DNA of 61,100 nt from Bacteroidales bacterium (GTDB lineage Bacteria; Bacteroidota; Bacteroidia; Bacteroidales; ML635J-15), in contig DAONZU010000001.1 in NCBI GenBank assembly GCA_035406965.1, positions 1 to 61,100 of the forward strand. Reading direction: 5' to 3'. This document shows, piece after piece, positions 28,501 through 38,340 of this stretch (position 1 is the stretch's first letter; each line of letters opens with the position of its first letter). Made by a program: the position numbers and the translations under genes. The notes under the pieces were generated by a model. The model was given only the letters and a program-made list of their open reading frames with translations. It did not search any database and was not told the origin of the DNA.

Positions 28501-29429
28501 CTGGAAAAACAGATCCTGTAGAATGTGGACATAAGGCTGGAGCGGGAACTGTAACGCCAAATGGCGGAACACCACCTTATACTTATTTGTGGGCAAGCAA
28601 TGAAACAACTCAAACTGCAACAAATTTAACTTACGGCTTAACTCAAGTAATAGTTAAAGATGCTAATAATTGTACAGATACATTAAGTTTATTTGTTAAT
28701 AAAATCGGAAAAATTTACGGAAGTTTCAGCCTTATAGAACCAAATTTATGCTTTAATGATAGTATTGCTGTAGCAATTGCAAAACTTGAAGAAGGGGAAC
28801 AACCAATACAGTTTGTTTGGTCAAATGGACAAATTGGAGATACCGCAAGAAATTTACCAGCTGGAGAACATTTTGTTTTTGCAAGCGATAAATATAATTG
28901 TACTGATACAATAAGTGTCCTTATTTCTGAACCCGACTCTCTTAATCCTAATTTTAAATTTATTCCACCTACTTGCTCTGGAATATACGATGGGGAAATC
29001 GAAGCTAACCCATCTGGCGGAACACCAGAATACTCATTCCTTTGGGATAATAATTCTACAGAAAATAAAATTTCCGAGCTTAGAGAAGGCACTTATTATA
29101 TAAGTATAACTGATGCTAACAACTGTTTATATATTTATGATGTTGATTTAATGGAATTAACTTATTGCATAACTATTTATAACACAATAACTCCAAATGG
29201 AGATGGAGCAAATGACACTTGGATAATAGAAAATATTGATAAATTCCCAAGAAATAAAATATGGATATATAATAGAATTGGAAATTTAGTTTTCGAAGCA
29301 GAAAATTACCAAAACGATTGGGGTGGAACATATAAAGGCAAAGATTTACCAGAAGGAACTTATTATTATATAATAGATTTAGGCGATGGCAAATCACTAT
29401 TTAAAGGACATATTACAATAATTAGATAA
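25518..29429 (+). CDS. SprB-repeat cell-surface adhesin with T9SS type B (CHU_C-type) C-terminal sorting domain
   Basis: Signal peptide MKHFVKISYLLLFILLSLNIFGQ (ATG at 25518; the ORF-track start at 25509 is TTG). Nine C.G...G.I.....GG.PY.F.WS.G repeats. C-terminus ITPNGDGANDTWIIENI..IYNRIGNLVF..WGGTYKGKDLPEGTYYYII..GHITIIR. Confidence 0.88.
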   Translation: MKHFVKISYLLLFILLSLNIFGQENTLQHEMLYQSHDQNMWGPDDAYGIDVEHTFFDVDINESWGFSEISEAFGQQFGVGMNVGIIALLRSTFEAHGFYTGSFSLDYPIKTTLEFPEDFSFNYGGPATIYTSYEVTDGWALETSFPPVGVVTLDFEYQFDPFMNIVVCVFSCDTIHLIPASVSLPYTLDTLFHINAETEYCVFPCYVGNQFTFCHDYELPIDIDFTDLVGFNFEAHVDLPEVVTEDYIEQGSNCLIAKGEDPYMLVELDVLGFLYVMAGYIPAPEGPQIQEAIAFLNDTIQYPINTPLGDIIFQIEYSLLSVYFIIQNTLHQDIYFCPTIWLTLDFPVEMPYIITDPQNSNAEIENGFSDTITMAVGNDLTITYPCHDWDSMYVGVKYNIQPTIRNHTWDSIAFSFVIEALRASISIITPFKSQIADNVMPSFELPINSETPVISEQIAMHGYYEDEEFIQGLEKDLGPWEIGPLFEWTISLGYVPVTWFDQTWELMHFEEDIAFPGTYIRPYDKSEVNSLLYTEQAFCYGETYGYIYAEAQNGIAPYEFQWSSGQLTQNSYADTDSIHGVPGYYTITVTDAQNCESYDSISVAVNPPIIHNLTASDLDCYGFFTGSITTEVTGGTFPYFFEWSNGSFQQNPTDLTSGWHYVTISDFRDCSVTDSIYINQPDSPITIDYTKTDLPCHGTDYGSIDITLSGATPPYTVLWSSGQTYQDLHNLSADIYTITATDANNCSWAQSITIIEPDTLIANINSSNIPCFGLDNGSLVVQTSGGTQPYTYHWFHDSNQSSNIITNMHPGYYFVSVVDANGCSDTASAYITQPNELILTEQIHNVSCKGGHDGYITVNVSGGTPYYNIEWSNGYFTDSIGNLPIGTYTITVTDQHACRNIQTYTITEPANYLSSTFYEINNVSCFGYNDGNANVLPTGGTPPYTVYWEEGVEQQDFTGLGMPANTYFNITVVDANSCQYFDSIRFTQPTILQLTGKTDPVECGHKAGAGTVTPNGGTPPYTYLWASNETTQTATNLTYGLTQVIVKDANNCTDTLSLFVNKIGKIYGSFSLIEPNLCFNDSIAVAIAKLEEGEQPIQFVWSNGQIGDTARNLPAGEHFVFASDKYNCTDTISVLISEPDSLNPNFKFIPPTCSGIYDGEIEANPSGGTPEYSFLWDNNSTENKISELREGTYYISITDANNCLYIYDVDLMELTYCITIYNTITPNGDGANDTWIIENIDKFPRNKIWIYNRIGNLVFEAENYQNDWGGTYKGKDLPEGTYYYIIDLGDGKSLFKGHITIIR
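27130..29150 (+). repeat. Array of ~9 SprB-type protein repeats (~75-80 aa each), diverged at DNA level
   Basis: CYGETYGYIYAEAQNGIAPYEFQWSSG, CYGFFTGSITTEVTGGTFPYFFEWSNG, CHGTDYGSIDITLSGATPPYTVLWSSG, CFGLDNGSLVVQTSGGTQPYTYHW, CKGGHDGYITVNVSGGTPYYNIEWSNG, and others. Confidence 0.8.
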
Positions 29430-29431
29430 AA

Positions 29432-30364
29432 ATGAAACTAAAAATTTTTACATATATATTTATTTTGCTTCTAATAAGTAGTTTCAAATTATCTGCTCAA
29501 CAAATTGGTAATCATAGAAACTATGTATTTAATATTGCCAACCAAAATCCTGCAGCAATTTCAATGCAAGAAATTCCAGAGGTGCTTTTAAATAGTAGAA
29601 TACAATGGACAGGTTTTTCTGGTGCTCCTAGAATTTACTCTATTTATGGAAAATATTTATTCAGAAGTGATATGGGAGCATCTGCCGCTTTAATCCATGA
29701 CAAAATTGGAATTAATCAAAGACTTGGCTTTAGTCTTGGTTATGCCTATATAATTCGCACCGAAAACTTTAATATTAGTTTTGGTTTAGATGCCAATTTT
29801 TCTCAATTAAAACTATTGTCATCACAAATTAAAGTTTACGAAACAAACGACCAAGTTTTGAACTTAGAAATTGACGAAAAAATTTGGCGACCAGACGCAA
29901 ATGCAGGAATTATGTTACATGCAAACAATTATTTTGTGGGATTTTCGATTTTACAATTATTCAAATCAAATTATTTTTTCTCTGGTTCTAACGCAGACAT
30001 TTCTGGATTAATAAAAAATGCTAGACACTTTTTTATTACTGGTGCTTATAATTTTAAACTAGAAGATTCAAAACATAGTTTTACACCTATATTAAATATG
30101 TATTTTGCAAAATCAAGCCCATTCAAATTTGATTTAATTGCAAACTACAACTATAGCAATACTTTTAGCACATCACTAAGTTTAAGCAGAGCTGATGCAA
30201 TAGTATTTTCCTTAGGCTATAAATATGATAGATTTACCATAAACTATGCGTTTGATTTTGTGATTTCAAGAATTAAAAATGTAAGTAGCGGAGCTCACGA
30301 AATTACACTTGGAGTATTTCTATTTTCAAAAAAATCAAGCGATATTTCTAGTCCAATGTTTTAA
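29432..30364 (+). CDS. sprF: PorP/SprF family type IX secretion system membrane protein
   Basis: 310 aa. Signal peptide then QQIGNHRNYVFNIANQNPAA; ends ..SSPMF. Starts 2 nt after the adhesin stop. Confidence 0.8.
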   Translation: MKLKIFTYIFILLLISSFKLSAQQIGNHRNYVFNIANQNPAAISMQEIPEVLLNSRIQWTGFSGAPRIYSIYGKYLFRSDMGASAALIHDKIGINQRLGFSLGYAYIIRTENFNISFGLDANFSQLKLLSSQIKVYETNDQVLNLEIDEKIWRPDANAGIMLHANNYFVGFSILQLFKSNYFFSGSNADISGLIKNARHFFITGAYNFKLEDSKHSFTPILNMYFAKSSPFKFDLIANYNYSNTFSTSLSLSRADAIVFSLGYKYDRFTINYAFDFVISRIKNVSSGAHEITLGVFLFSKKSSDISSPMF

Positions 30365-30421
30365 TTTTGAAAAAATAATAATAATTTTGTAAAAAAAATG
30401 TTTTTATTTAAAAATATTGTA

Positions 30422-30429
30422 TATATTTG
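30422..30429 (+). promoter_or_regulatory. Candidate -7 box TATATTTG upstream of the third PorP/SprF gene
   Basis: Matches TAnnTTTG and ends 35 nt before the ATG at 30465. Confidence 0.35.
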
Positions 30430-30464
30430 TAAAACTGTGAATTGTTAAAATATTCAAATATTAA

Positions 30465-31391
30465 ATGTTTGATATGAAAAAGTTTTTACCTATTTTTATT
30501 GTAATATTGTTTGCAGGAGCTTCACAAGTTAATGCACAACAACTGCCATTGTATAGCCAATACATGCTAAACGATTTTTTCTATAATCCCGCCATTGCTG
30601 GATCAAAAGAATATTCTCCTATACTTTTGAGTATCCATAAACAGTGGATAGGAATTAAAGAAACGCCTTCTACACAAACATTATCAGGGCACACAATGTT
30701 GTCTAATAGCAATGTTGGTCTAGGTGCAGTTATTTTCCATGATAGTTTTGGTCCTGAAAGTCATCTTGGACTTCAAGCAATATATTCTTACCATTTTCAT
30801 ATTGATAGGCTCAATAAAATTTCTTTGGGCTTAGCAGCAGTTGCAGAACAATATAAAATGGATCAAAGGTTTTTAACCCTTACTGTTTATGATGACCCTG
30901 CAATTACATATATGATTGAAAAAACAATAGTCCCTGATGCTATATTTGGAGCTTATGCATATGGAAAAAAATATTATGCAGGTATTACAGGCTCGTACCT
31001 GTTTCAATCAAAACTAAAAATAAATAAAAATGTTGAAGAAAATAAAATGGTTCGTCACTATTTTGTAATGGGCGGTTATAAATTTGATTTTCCTAACTCT
31101 CCACAATTCGAAATAGAACCATCTGTTTTGATGAAAACTACTGAAGTTACAATGCCTCAATTTGATGTTAATGTTAAATTTTATTATGACAAAAACTACT
31201 GGTTTGGAATGTCACTTCGTCCAGGTGATTCATTTGTTGCAAGTATAGGTTTTAAACATAATCAATATTTCTTTGGCTATGCTTATGACTTCACTTTCAG
31301 CGACTTATCATCTTACACCTATGGCTCTCAAGAAATTGTTTTTGGAATGAATATTGGCGAAAATACTCGCAGAAGTAGATCTTTCTTCTAA
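30465..31391 (+). CDS. PorP/SprF family type IX secretion system membrane protein (no adjacent cargo gene)
   Basis: AQQLPLYSQYMLNDFFYNPAIAG. Closest by eye to the 1530..2456 paralog. An alternative start MKKFLPIF lies at 30474. Confidence 0.85.
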   Translation: MFDMKKFLPIFIVILFAGASQVNAQQLPLYSQYMLNDFFYNPAIAGSKEYSPILLSIHKQWIGIKETPSTQTLSGHTMLSNSNVGLGAVIFHDSFGPESHLGLQAIYSYHFHIDRLNKISLGLAAVAEQYKMDQRFLTLTVYDDPAITYMIEKTIVPDAIFGAYAYGKKYYAGITGSYLFQSKLKINKNVEENKMVRHYFVMGGYKFDFPNSPQFEIEPSVLMKTTEVTMPQFDVNVKFYYDKNYWFGMSLRPGDSFVASIGFKHNQYFFGYAYDFTFSDLSSYTYGSQEIVFGMNIGENTRRSRSFF

Positions 31392-31420
31392 AATACTAGA
31401 ATTAATAACATAAAAATAAA

Positions 31421-31447
31421 AAAAACGGGCTTGAACCCGTTTTTTTT
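31421..31447. terminator. Bidirectional intrinsic terminator between sprF paralog and engB
   Basis: AAAAACGGG-cttgaa-CCCGTTTTTTTT. A-run on the left and T-run on the right. The engB stop (31446-31448) sits in the T-run. Confidence 0.8.
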
Positions 31448-32033
31448 ATAATATACTTTCAATATAATCTAACAATTCTTCTTTTCCTCTTTTTGTTGTT
31501 GAACTAGTAATGAAATAATCAGGTAAATTTTCCCAATATTTTTCCAAACTTAATTTATAATCCTCAATATTCTTTTTTAAAGCGTTCACTCCCAACTTAT
31601 CTGTTTTTGTAAAAACAATTTTAAATGGAACAGAATTTAAACCCAACCAATACATATATTCTAAATCTATTTTCTGAGCAGGGATTCGACTGTCCACTAA
31701 AACAAATAAACAAACCAAATTTGGACGTTTCAAAATATAATCTTCAAGCATTTTTTTAAATTTTTCCCTAATTGTTTTTGAAACTTTAGCATAACCAAAT
31801 CCCGGTAAATCAACTAAATACCAAGATTTATTAATAAAAAAATGATTGATTAATTGAGTTTTGCCAGGTACAGAAGATGTTTTTGCTAAATTTGAGTTAT
31901 TTGTCAACATATTAATTAATGAAGACTTTCCAACATTGGATCTCCCAATAAAAGCAATTTCAGGAACATTATCTTGAGGACAATTTCTATAGTCTTGATT
32001 TGACATCAAAAATTCTGCAGTTTTTATTTGCAT
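31446..32033 (-). CDS. engB: Ribosome biogenesis GTP-binding protein YsxC/EngB
   Basis: [14 protein letters not shown] (G1), [12 protein letters not shown] (G3), FTKTDKL (G4); 195 aa. Confidence 0.93.
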   Translation of the reverse strand: MQIKTAEFLMSNQDYRNCPQDNVPEIAFIGRSNVGKSSLINMLTNNSNLAKTSSVPGKTQLINHFFINKSWYLVDLPGFGYAKVSKTIREKFKKMLEDYILKRPNLVCLFVLVDSRIPAQKIDLEYMYWLGLNSVPFKIVFTKTDKLGVNALKKNIEDYKLSLEKYWENLPDYFITSSTTKRGKEELLDYIESIL

Positions 32034-32034
32034 T

Positions 32035-33384
32035 CTAATTTCTATATAATATTTTTTCTAATTCTCTAAATAATCTTTGTTCATCATAAGGTTTAGCAAC
32101 AATATTCAGCTCTTTATCAACTAGATACATTATAGGTGTAGCATAAACAGAATAATCAACCACTTGTTTTCCATCCCAAGATTTATAATCACAAGCTACA
32201 TGCCAAGGAAAAGGATTTTTAGATAAAAACTCGCTCAATTCTTTTTTATCTTTATCTAAACTAATGGCAATAATATCAACACTTGCAGCATCAAATAATT
32301 GTTGAGCTTCTGCAAAAGTAGGAATAGTCAACTGACAATGTCCACACCATGTTGCCCAAAAAAGAACCAAAGTGTAATTTGATTTCATTTTTGATAAAGT
32401 AAAAGTTTGCCCACTAAGAGTTTGAACTGTAAAATCAGGAGCTTTTTTACCAATTGTCAATTCAGTATTTGCCTTAATTCTTGCTTTAAGATTATCACTT
32501 GCATCACTACACATATCGCCAAACTCTAAACTTAACTTAGAAGATTGCTCAACAAGTCCAATTGTTTCAAAACCATTTAAAATAAATTCAAAAATTGTAT
32601 TAAAAATTACAGGTTCTCCAAAGAAGATATGGTCAAGAACATCTTTCCCTGCGACATAATACACATCTGCATCAGTTGCACGGAACAGTTTTAAATAATC
32701 TAAAACTACTTTTTGATAAGCATTAGATTTTAACATTAAAACACTGCTAAAATCATAAGATTTTAAATATTCCTTACGATAAAATTCTTGTTGCTTTTCC
32801 AAACTAAGCTTTGGCGGAGCTTTAACTTCTTTAAAATATGTTAAATATTTTCCCGCAAAACTATTTTTATCCAAATTAATTGCTTTAATCAATAAATCAT
32901 TTTTCTCTTTAACCTGTTTTTCTTTTTCTTTTTCTACTGTTTTTGTAAATGTTTCGTCAGGATAAATAGACATAAATTGTTCTAAAATTTGAATTTTATA
33001 CTTATACATAAATTCCATTTTCAAAAATTCATATAATTGAAAATTCTCATTAGACTCAATAACTTTCATATTATATACTGGATTTTCAACAAAAGTGCTT
33101 AATTGAATATTTTCATTATTAAAAATCAAATCAAAATACTCATTATTATCAAGATAAAGTCTATACAATCCAACTTCTTTTTTATCAAAAGAAAACTCAA
33201 AAGCAGAATTAATATTAGTTTGAACACTTTCTACATATTCAGCTTCATCGCCAAATAAAGTAAAAACTTTCACTTCTCTATGAGCATAGTTTTCAATTCT
33301 ACATGATAATTTATATTGAGCGACAGAATAAATACTCAACAAAATAAATAAACATAAGAATGTTATTTTTTTTAAATTTAGCAT
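32035..33384 (-). CDS. TlpA-like thioredoxin-fold protein (thiol:disulfide oxidoreductase) with a long N-terminal domain
   Basis: Signal peptide. C-terminal domain ..[30 protein letters not shown] (CxxC). Confidence 0.8.
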   Translation of the reverse strand: MLNLKKITFLCLFILLSIYSVAQYKLSCRIENYAHREVKVFTLFGDEAEYVESVQTNINSAFEFSFDKKEVGLYRLYLDNNEYFDLIFNNENIQLSTFVENPVYNMKVIESNENFQLYEFLKMEFMYKYKIQILEQFMSIYPDETFTKTVEKEKEKQVKEKNDLLIKAINLDKNSFAGKYLTYFKEVKAPPKLSLEKQQEFYRKEYLKSYDFSSVLMLKSNAYQKVVLDYLKLFRATDADVYYVAGKDVLDHIFFGEPVIFNTIFEFILNGFETIGLVEQSSKLSLEFGDMCSDASDNLKARIKANTELTIGKKAPDFTVQTLSGQTFTLSKMKSNYTLVLFWATWCGHCQLTIPTFAEAQQLFDAASVDIIAISLDKDKKELSEFLSKNPFPWHVACDYKSWDGKQVVDYSVYATPIMYLVDKELNIVAKPYDEQRLFRELEKILYRN

Positions 33385-33404
33385 AACTTTACAATATTAA
33401 ACAA

Positions 33405-33436
33405 AAAAGCTGTAGTCCCATTGAACTACAGCTTTT
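33405..33436 (-). terminator. Intrinsic terminator downstream of the 805-aa gene
   Basis: AAAAGCTGTAGT-cccattga-ACTACAGCTTTT. A 12-bp perfect stem including the A/T flanks. Confidence 0.7.
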
Positions 33437-33452
33437 AATTAATTAACAACTT

Positions 33453-35870
33453 CTATTTTTTACATGTTTCGCAATACAACTGTTTAACTCTTGTATTTAC
33501 AAAAGTTTGCACAGATAGTTTATCGCCTTTAAACAAGTCGCATAAAAACTCAGGATCTTGTTTTCTGATTCTATCTAATACATAAACAAAATTGTTTGAA
33601 TGTACTTTATAGTCAACTTTAGAACAAAGTGTAGCATAAGTTGATAAATACACAAATGGAACACTTTCATCTTTAATCCAAGGTTCTAACAATCTTACAG
33701 CATATTCATAATCTGAGTGGTTTATAAACACGCTAGCTAATTTTAATGAATTTGCCCATGTTAGCTCATCGATATGAATAATTTCTTTCATTTTAGTCAT
33801 AGCTTTTACAACAGATGGATGGTCATATCCTAAAGAGTCTTTATAAATATCCATGATTTGATATTGCAACTCAATATTCAACAAGTCAACTAAATCAACG
33901 CGTAAAGAAGTATTATACATTTTATCAATACGATTTTGCAAAGTTTGTTGAGTACGGTCATTATCAAGATCTGTTAAAGTTACTTCACATAATACATCAT
34001 TAAAATCAACATAAATATTTGTTTGGTCTAATTTGTTTAAGTCATCTATCTTTGTCAAGTAATCTTCGTCAAGTACATCCATATAAATAAATTGAGTTAA
34101 CCAAATTTTATTCATATTCAATCCTACATACTCTCTGCCCGATGGAATTTTCATATCGTTAACAACATTTTCGCTATATCTTCCTTCAACAACTCTTTTT
34201 AAAATATATTTTTGAATTGCGAGTGCAGTATTTATTTGTCCTGCTTCAACAGCTCTATTAAATTGTGTAACAACATATTTTTGTTCTTTATCTCCATCAA
34301 TATCATAAGTAATCCAAATAGTAACATTTGCATATCTATGACTTTCTAAGAACATTTCCATTTCTTTTGCTTTTGAGTTTACATATTTAACTGCTTGTTC
34401 AAGATCCATATCACAAACATCTTCGTAAATAGTTCCTTTGCAATCGTTTTGTAAATCTTTTAAGTTTGGTGCAGTAATTACAGAATCCACAATACTTGCA
34501 TTTTGATTTTCTTCTAAAGCTTTAACAATACTATTTGCTCTTTTCTTTTGTAAAGCTGCATTTTCAGCTATAGATCCTTCTAAAGAAGAATATGCTTCAA
34601 TAAAAATTTTATTAATAATAAAATCTGGCTCATTTAAAGCTGCCAACACAGGCTTCATATCGTCAGGTTGGTAAGTAAATTTTCCTTGTTCAAATGGAAT
34701 TCTAAAATTCAACTCTGTTGAAGTTGCTGTTGGTGCATATTCGCTAACACCTGCAGGAAGTATAGTATCGGGCATTAAAGCAATTTTAGGAACAAAATCA
34801 TAAATTTTTGTATCAACCCATGATTGAGGAATATTATGACACACATGTTTTTCTTTAATAACCATTAAGTTTAGCTCAATGTTTTGAGTATCAAAACCTA
34901 CAGGTAATTGACCTAAAACAACTTCTAATTTTGTTACTTTTTTTCTTCGACCTTCACCTTCGGCTATATTCTTTTTATAGATTTTTTTGGAAAACATTTT
35001 TTTAGTCATAAATCCAACATTCACTTTAGAATAGTCAACAATATTTTCAGATTTACAACGATTAAATTGGTCTTTTTGAACAATATCTACTGCCAAACCA
35101 TCTTTTGAAGCTCTGATAAAACGTCTAAATTTTCTTAAATCATTATATTTAAAAACAATTTCGCCGTTGTCATTAATCGAAAGTCCTTCTTGTAAATCAA
35201 CAACATCGGGCATTTTCCTAGTTGTTTTCTTACATATTTTTTCATCATAAACTTTTAAACCCTGTGATTTCACAGAAATTGGAGCTGCTAACTCTAACAC
35301 ATTACCAGCACCTGAGATAAAGGAAGCATAATTACCCATATACACAGCAACAAAAACTCTTTTTTGCGATGCGTCAACTTTACCACTAGCTCCTACAAAA
35401 AAGTATTTTTGTGACAACAAATCTTTTGAATATTTGCCAGTTTTCCACTTATCCAATGTTTGATTTGCTAATTCATCATAACTAATATATTCATTAGCTG
35501 TCCTTATATTAGCTCTTGCAACCACTTCTGCTCCTACGCCTGTACCGCCGGCATAAACCAACCTATCTCTAACTGTTCCGGCACGTCCAGAACCTGTGAG
35601 GTTTGCTTCACCAGTTTCTGCCATATAAGTAGCATGATCCCTAGCTGGATTTATAAAAAAATCATGAATCTCAAAGCCTTCGAGTCCTAAAGAATCCATA
35701 TATGTATTAATTTTATAAACTAATACATCTTGAAACAATTTATCATTAAAATTTTCTGGATTAATTGGCTCACTACTCAAAATATCGCCTTCCATAAAGG
35801 TTTTTTGAGCTTGAACATTAACACTAAAAACAAGTGCTAAACAGACGATACTTGTAAAAAACTTCCTCAT
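33453..35870 (-). CDS. Hypothetical secreted 805-aa protein with N-terminal CAP/SCP (YkwD-like) region
   Basis: Signal peptide MRKFFTSIVCLALVFSVNVQAQ. ..HDFFINPARDHATYMAETGEANLTGSGRAGTVRDRLVYAGG..GAEVVA resembles CAP-domain proteins. Mid-protein SSLEGSIAENAALQKKRANSIVKAL is OmpA-like. The remainder is unassigned. Confidence 0.6.
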   Translation of the reverse strand: MRKFFTSIVCLALVFSVNVQAQKTFMEGDILSSEPINPENFNDKLFQDVLVYKINTYMDSLGLEGFEIHDFFINPARDHATYMAETGEANLTGSGRAGTVRDRLVYAGGTGVGAEVVARANIRTANEYISYDELANQTLDKWKTGKYSKDLLSQKYFFVGASGKVDASQKRVFVAVYMGNYASFISGAGNVLELAAPISVKSQGLKVYDEKICKKTTRKMPDVVDLQEGLSINDNGEIVFKYNDLRKFRRFIRASKDGLAVDIVQKDQFNRCKSENIVDYSKVNVGFMTKKMFSKKIYKKNIAEGEGRRKKVTKLEVVLGQLPVGFDTQNIELNLMVIKEKHVCHNIPQSWVDTKIYDFVPKIALMPDTILPAGVSEYAPTATSTELNFRIPFEQGKFTYQPDDMKPVLAALNEPDFIINKIFIEAYSSLEGSIAENAALQKKRANSIVKALEENQNASIVDSVITAPNLKDLQNDCKGTIYEDVCDMDLEQAVKYVNSKAKEMEMFLESHRYANVTIWITYDIDGDKEQKYVVTQFNRAVEAGQINTALAIQKYILKRVVEGRYSENVVNDMKIPSGREYVGLNMNKIWLTQFIYMDVLDEDYLTKIDDLNKLDQTNIYVDFNDVLCEVTLTDLDNDRTQQTLQNRIDKMYNTSLRVDLVDLLNIELQYQIMDIYKDSLGYDHPSVVKAMTKMKEIIHIDELTWANSLKLASVFINHSDYEYAVRLLEPWIKDESVPFVYLSTYATLCSKVDYKVHSNNFVYVLDRIRKQDPEFLCDLFKGDKLSVQTFVNTRVKQLYCETCKK

Positions 35871-36328
35871 TTAAGTATTATATTTAGTTAATATTATTTT
35901 TGCATAAAAATAAGTAATAATATTCAATAAAAAAATATTTTAGCATGAATTAACTTCAAAAATTCAATAAATAAACACTAAAATCTCAGCTACAAAGTTA
36001 TAAAATATATTTTTAGGATTATCAAAATTTAATTTTTTTCTCATTTTTTATTTAACAATTTCGTATCTTGATGATTATCAAAATATTACAATTGTTAAGA
36101 TTTGATTTTTGAGAACACAATACCTCTAAACAACAAAATTCAAAATTTTTAAAACAAGTCCTAACAACTTGTTACACAGTAACCTATAGGTTTAATCATA
36201 GAAAAAAATCAAAAATAAAGATTGTGTCTTTTTATCAATACCTCTTTTTTTAATATCTTTGTATTTTGACTAAATATTCACATTTTTAAACTTATATTTA
36301 TCAATCTAAATGACACTTTTTTGAATAG

Positions 36329-36709
36329 ATGGAAGAAAATTTAAGAATAGATAAGTTTTTATGGGCAGTTAGATTATTCAAAACTCGCAACTTAGCTCAA
36401 GAAAAATGCAATAAAGGGCATGTCTTAATCAATGACAATGCAGTTAAGCCTTCAAAAAACGTTAAGATTGGAGATATTATTTTTATAAAAAATCCACCTA
36501 TAATTAGATCATACAAAATTTTAAAACTTATTGACAAGCGAGTATCTGCTAAACTTGTTCCAGAAATGATTGTTGAAACTACTCCTCAATCAGAATTAGA
36601 TAAACTAAAAAATATTGAAACAGCATTTGTAATCAGAGACAAAGGAAGTGGAAGACCAACAAAAAAAGAAAGAAGATTAATTAATAAAATACAAGAAAAC
36701 AATTTATGA
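36329..36709 (+). CDS. hslR: RNA-binding S4 domain protein (heat shock protein 15-like)
   Basis: LRIDKFLWAVRLFKTRNLAQEKCNKGHVLIND S4 motif; 126 aa; basic tail. Confidence 0.85.
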   Translation: MEENLRIDKFLWAVRLFKTRNLAQEKCNKGHVLINDNAVKPSKNVKIGDIIFIKNPPIIRSYKILKLIDKRVSAKLVPEMIVETTPQSELDKLKNIETAFVIRDKGSGRPTKKERRLINKIQENNL

Positions 36710-37233
36710 TAATTGCAGAACAAAAATATAAAGAAAACATTGTTGAGTACATAATTTATATCAGACAAGTTCTAGATATTATAAGACTTGCAAATTGCGA
36801 CATAGAAGAAATAAACAAACTTATCATAGACCAATATAAAACAAGTGAAAAAATAAAAATTAAAATCAGAGACTGGTATTTGGATTTAATAAATTTAATT
36901 AAAACCGAGAAAATTGATAAGCAAGGTGATTTCGGTTTTATAAAAAATATAATTGACGAACTTGAGGAATTAAATCAAAAATTATTAAACCAAGGAAACT
37001 CATATAAACACCAAGAACTGTATAGGTGGGCAAAACCTAATATTGAAGAATTTAAAAAACTATCAAATAATACAAATGAGGGCGATGTGAAAACTTGTAT
37101 TGATGCACTTCATTCTTTATTATTATTAAGAATAAAAAATCAAATGATTTCTAGCGAGACAATGCAAGCAATGCAAACTTTCAGTAATTTAATGGCAAAC
37201 TTAGCATTTGAGTACAAAAAACTCAAATCTTGA
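36706..37233 (+). CDS. Hypothetical alpha-helical protein (possibly DUF4924 family)
   Basis: 175 aa, ATGA overlap with the hslR stop. No motif I can name with confidence. Confidence 0.55.
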   Translation: MIIAEQKYKENIVEYIIYIRQVLDIIRLANCDIEEINKLIIDQYKTSEKIKIKIRDWYLDLINLIKTEKIDKQGDFGFIKNIIDELEELNQKLLNQGNSYKHQELYRWAKPNIEEFKKLSNNTNEGDVKTCIDALHSLLLLRIKNQMISSETMQAMQTFSNLMANLAFEYKKLKS

Positions 37234-38268
37234 TTATTTATATTTTGGATTATATTTTGACAAATTCAAAATCTTCTGATAATCAACCTCTTCCATCAAT
37301 TCTTCAAGACTTACATCTTCATTCTTCATATATGAGCATACTATTTTAAAACCCAACCAATTGCCTGTTCTTGGTGGGCTATCTGGACCAAATTGATATG
37401 TAAAAGGAGCTGAACCAACGAACTTTTTAATTGTTAAAGCGTCTGTAGAAAACAATAATTTATTTTCAACTATTGTAGTCCACATTTCGCGTTCAAATTT
37501 TTCACAAAAATCCAATTGTTCCTTTGTATATTTATTAATTCTTTCAGGTTTAAAATTTGGAAACATAGAATGCAAGAAATACAACTTCCTACCATTATAA
37601 ATCATATTTTCCAATAAATTTTCGGAATCGCTAGAAAAAGGATATTCAGCTTCTGCCCAAGCCGACAAAACATCAATTGCAATTTGCTCTCTCGTCATTT
37701 CAGATTTTGAAAACTCTGGAATTTGTAACATATCGTACAATTCGCAATCTTTACCTAAATATTTATCTAAACCTATTCCTATATAATCTTCGGTTAATAC
37801 AACAGACTGATTAAATCCAGCAATAAAAGACACAAAGCGAGGAATAGCAACATTAGGATAATAATATTTTAAGTGTTTAAAACCATAAGTCAAATCTTCA
37901 TTAACATCATCGAGCTTAGCAAATTCTTTATCAACGTTTTTTCTTGCTTGAACAACAGAAAAATCATTTAAAAATGTATTCACATAAGACAAGTAAGCCG
38001 AATTATCTGCACCTCCAATCGCTATTATTTCATAATTATATACTTCAAAAAACTCTTGATACTTATTTTCCATAAACGCAACTTGAGCATAAAAGTCTCC
38101 GCCTGAAAGTTTTTCAAAATCCTTGTCAAACCGCTCTATTTCAATGTTTAGCTCAATTTTTGAAATATCAACTTCAAACTCTGTTTTCTTTTTAGAAAAC
38201 ACAAAAAACATTAAAATTCCAAGCAATAAAATAAATACTAAAATTAAAATATAATATTTCTTCTTCAT
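37234..38268 (-). CDS. gldB: GldB-like gliding motility protein
   Basis: N-terminal anchor then ..IEIERFDKDF.. C-terminal ..RTGNWLGFKIVCSYMKNEDVSLEELM..LSKYNPKYK resembles my recollection of F. johnsoniae GldB. Sits near nadE, as in flavobacteria. There is no lipobox Cys here, so it is a signal-anchor rather than a lipoprotein. Confidence 0.6.
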   Translation of the reverse strand: MKKKYYILILVFILLLGILMFFVFSKKKTEFEVDISKIELNIEIERFDKDFEKLSGGDFYAQVAFMENKYQEFFEVYNYEIIAIGGADNSAYLSYVNTFLNDFSVVQARKNVDKEFAKLDDVNEDLTYGFKHLKYYYPNVAIPRFVSFIAGFNQSVVLTEDYIGIGLDKYLGKDCELYDMLQIPEFSKSEMTREQIAIDVLSAWAEAEYPFSSDSENLLENMIYNGRKLYFLHSMFPNFKPERINKYTKEQLDFCEKFEREMWTTIVENKLLFSTDALTIKKFVGSAPFTYQFGPDSPPRTGNWLGFKIVCSYMKNEDVSLEELMEEVDYQKILNLSKYNPKYK

Positions 38269-38294
38269 AATAACTTTATTTTAAAAAATAATAT

Positions 38295-38302
38295 TATTTT
38301 TG
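38295..38302 (+). promoter_or_regulatory. Candidate -7 box TATTTTTG
   Basis: Matches TAnnTTTG and ends 38 nt before the ATG at 38341. Confidence 0.35.
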
Positions 38303-38340
38303 TAGTACAAAATTAAACTAAATTTAAAAATCTTAAAAAT

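Noticed and set aside
28715-29092. 125-aa minus-strand ORF inside the SprB-repeat adhesin gene, plus smaller ones at 26547, 27007, 28026, 28051, 28915 and 29173
   Set aside because: They are embedded in a gene with clear repeat and CTD signatures in the plus frame. They are shadow ORFs.
35895-35902. TATTTTTG -7-like box on the plus strand in the 458-bp gap between the 805-aa gene and hslR, possibly driving a small RNA
   Set aside because: It lies 430 nt from the next plus-strand gene. There is no -33 element, no downstream terminator-like hairpin and no conspicuous structure. Chance matches to TAnnTTTG are expected in A/T-rich spacers.
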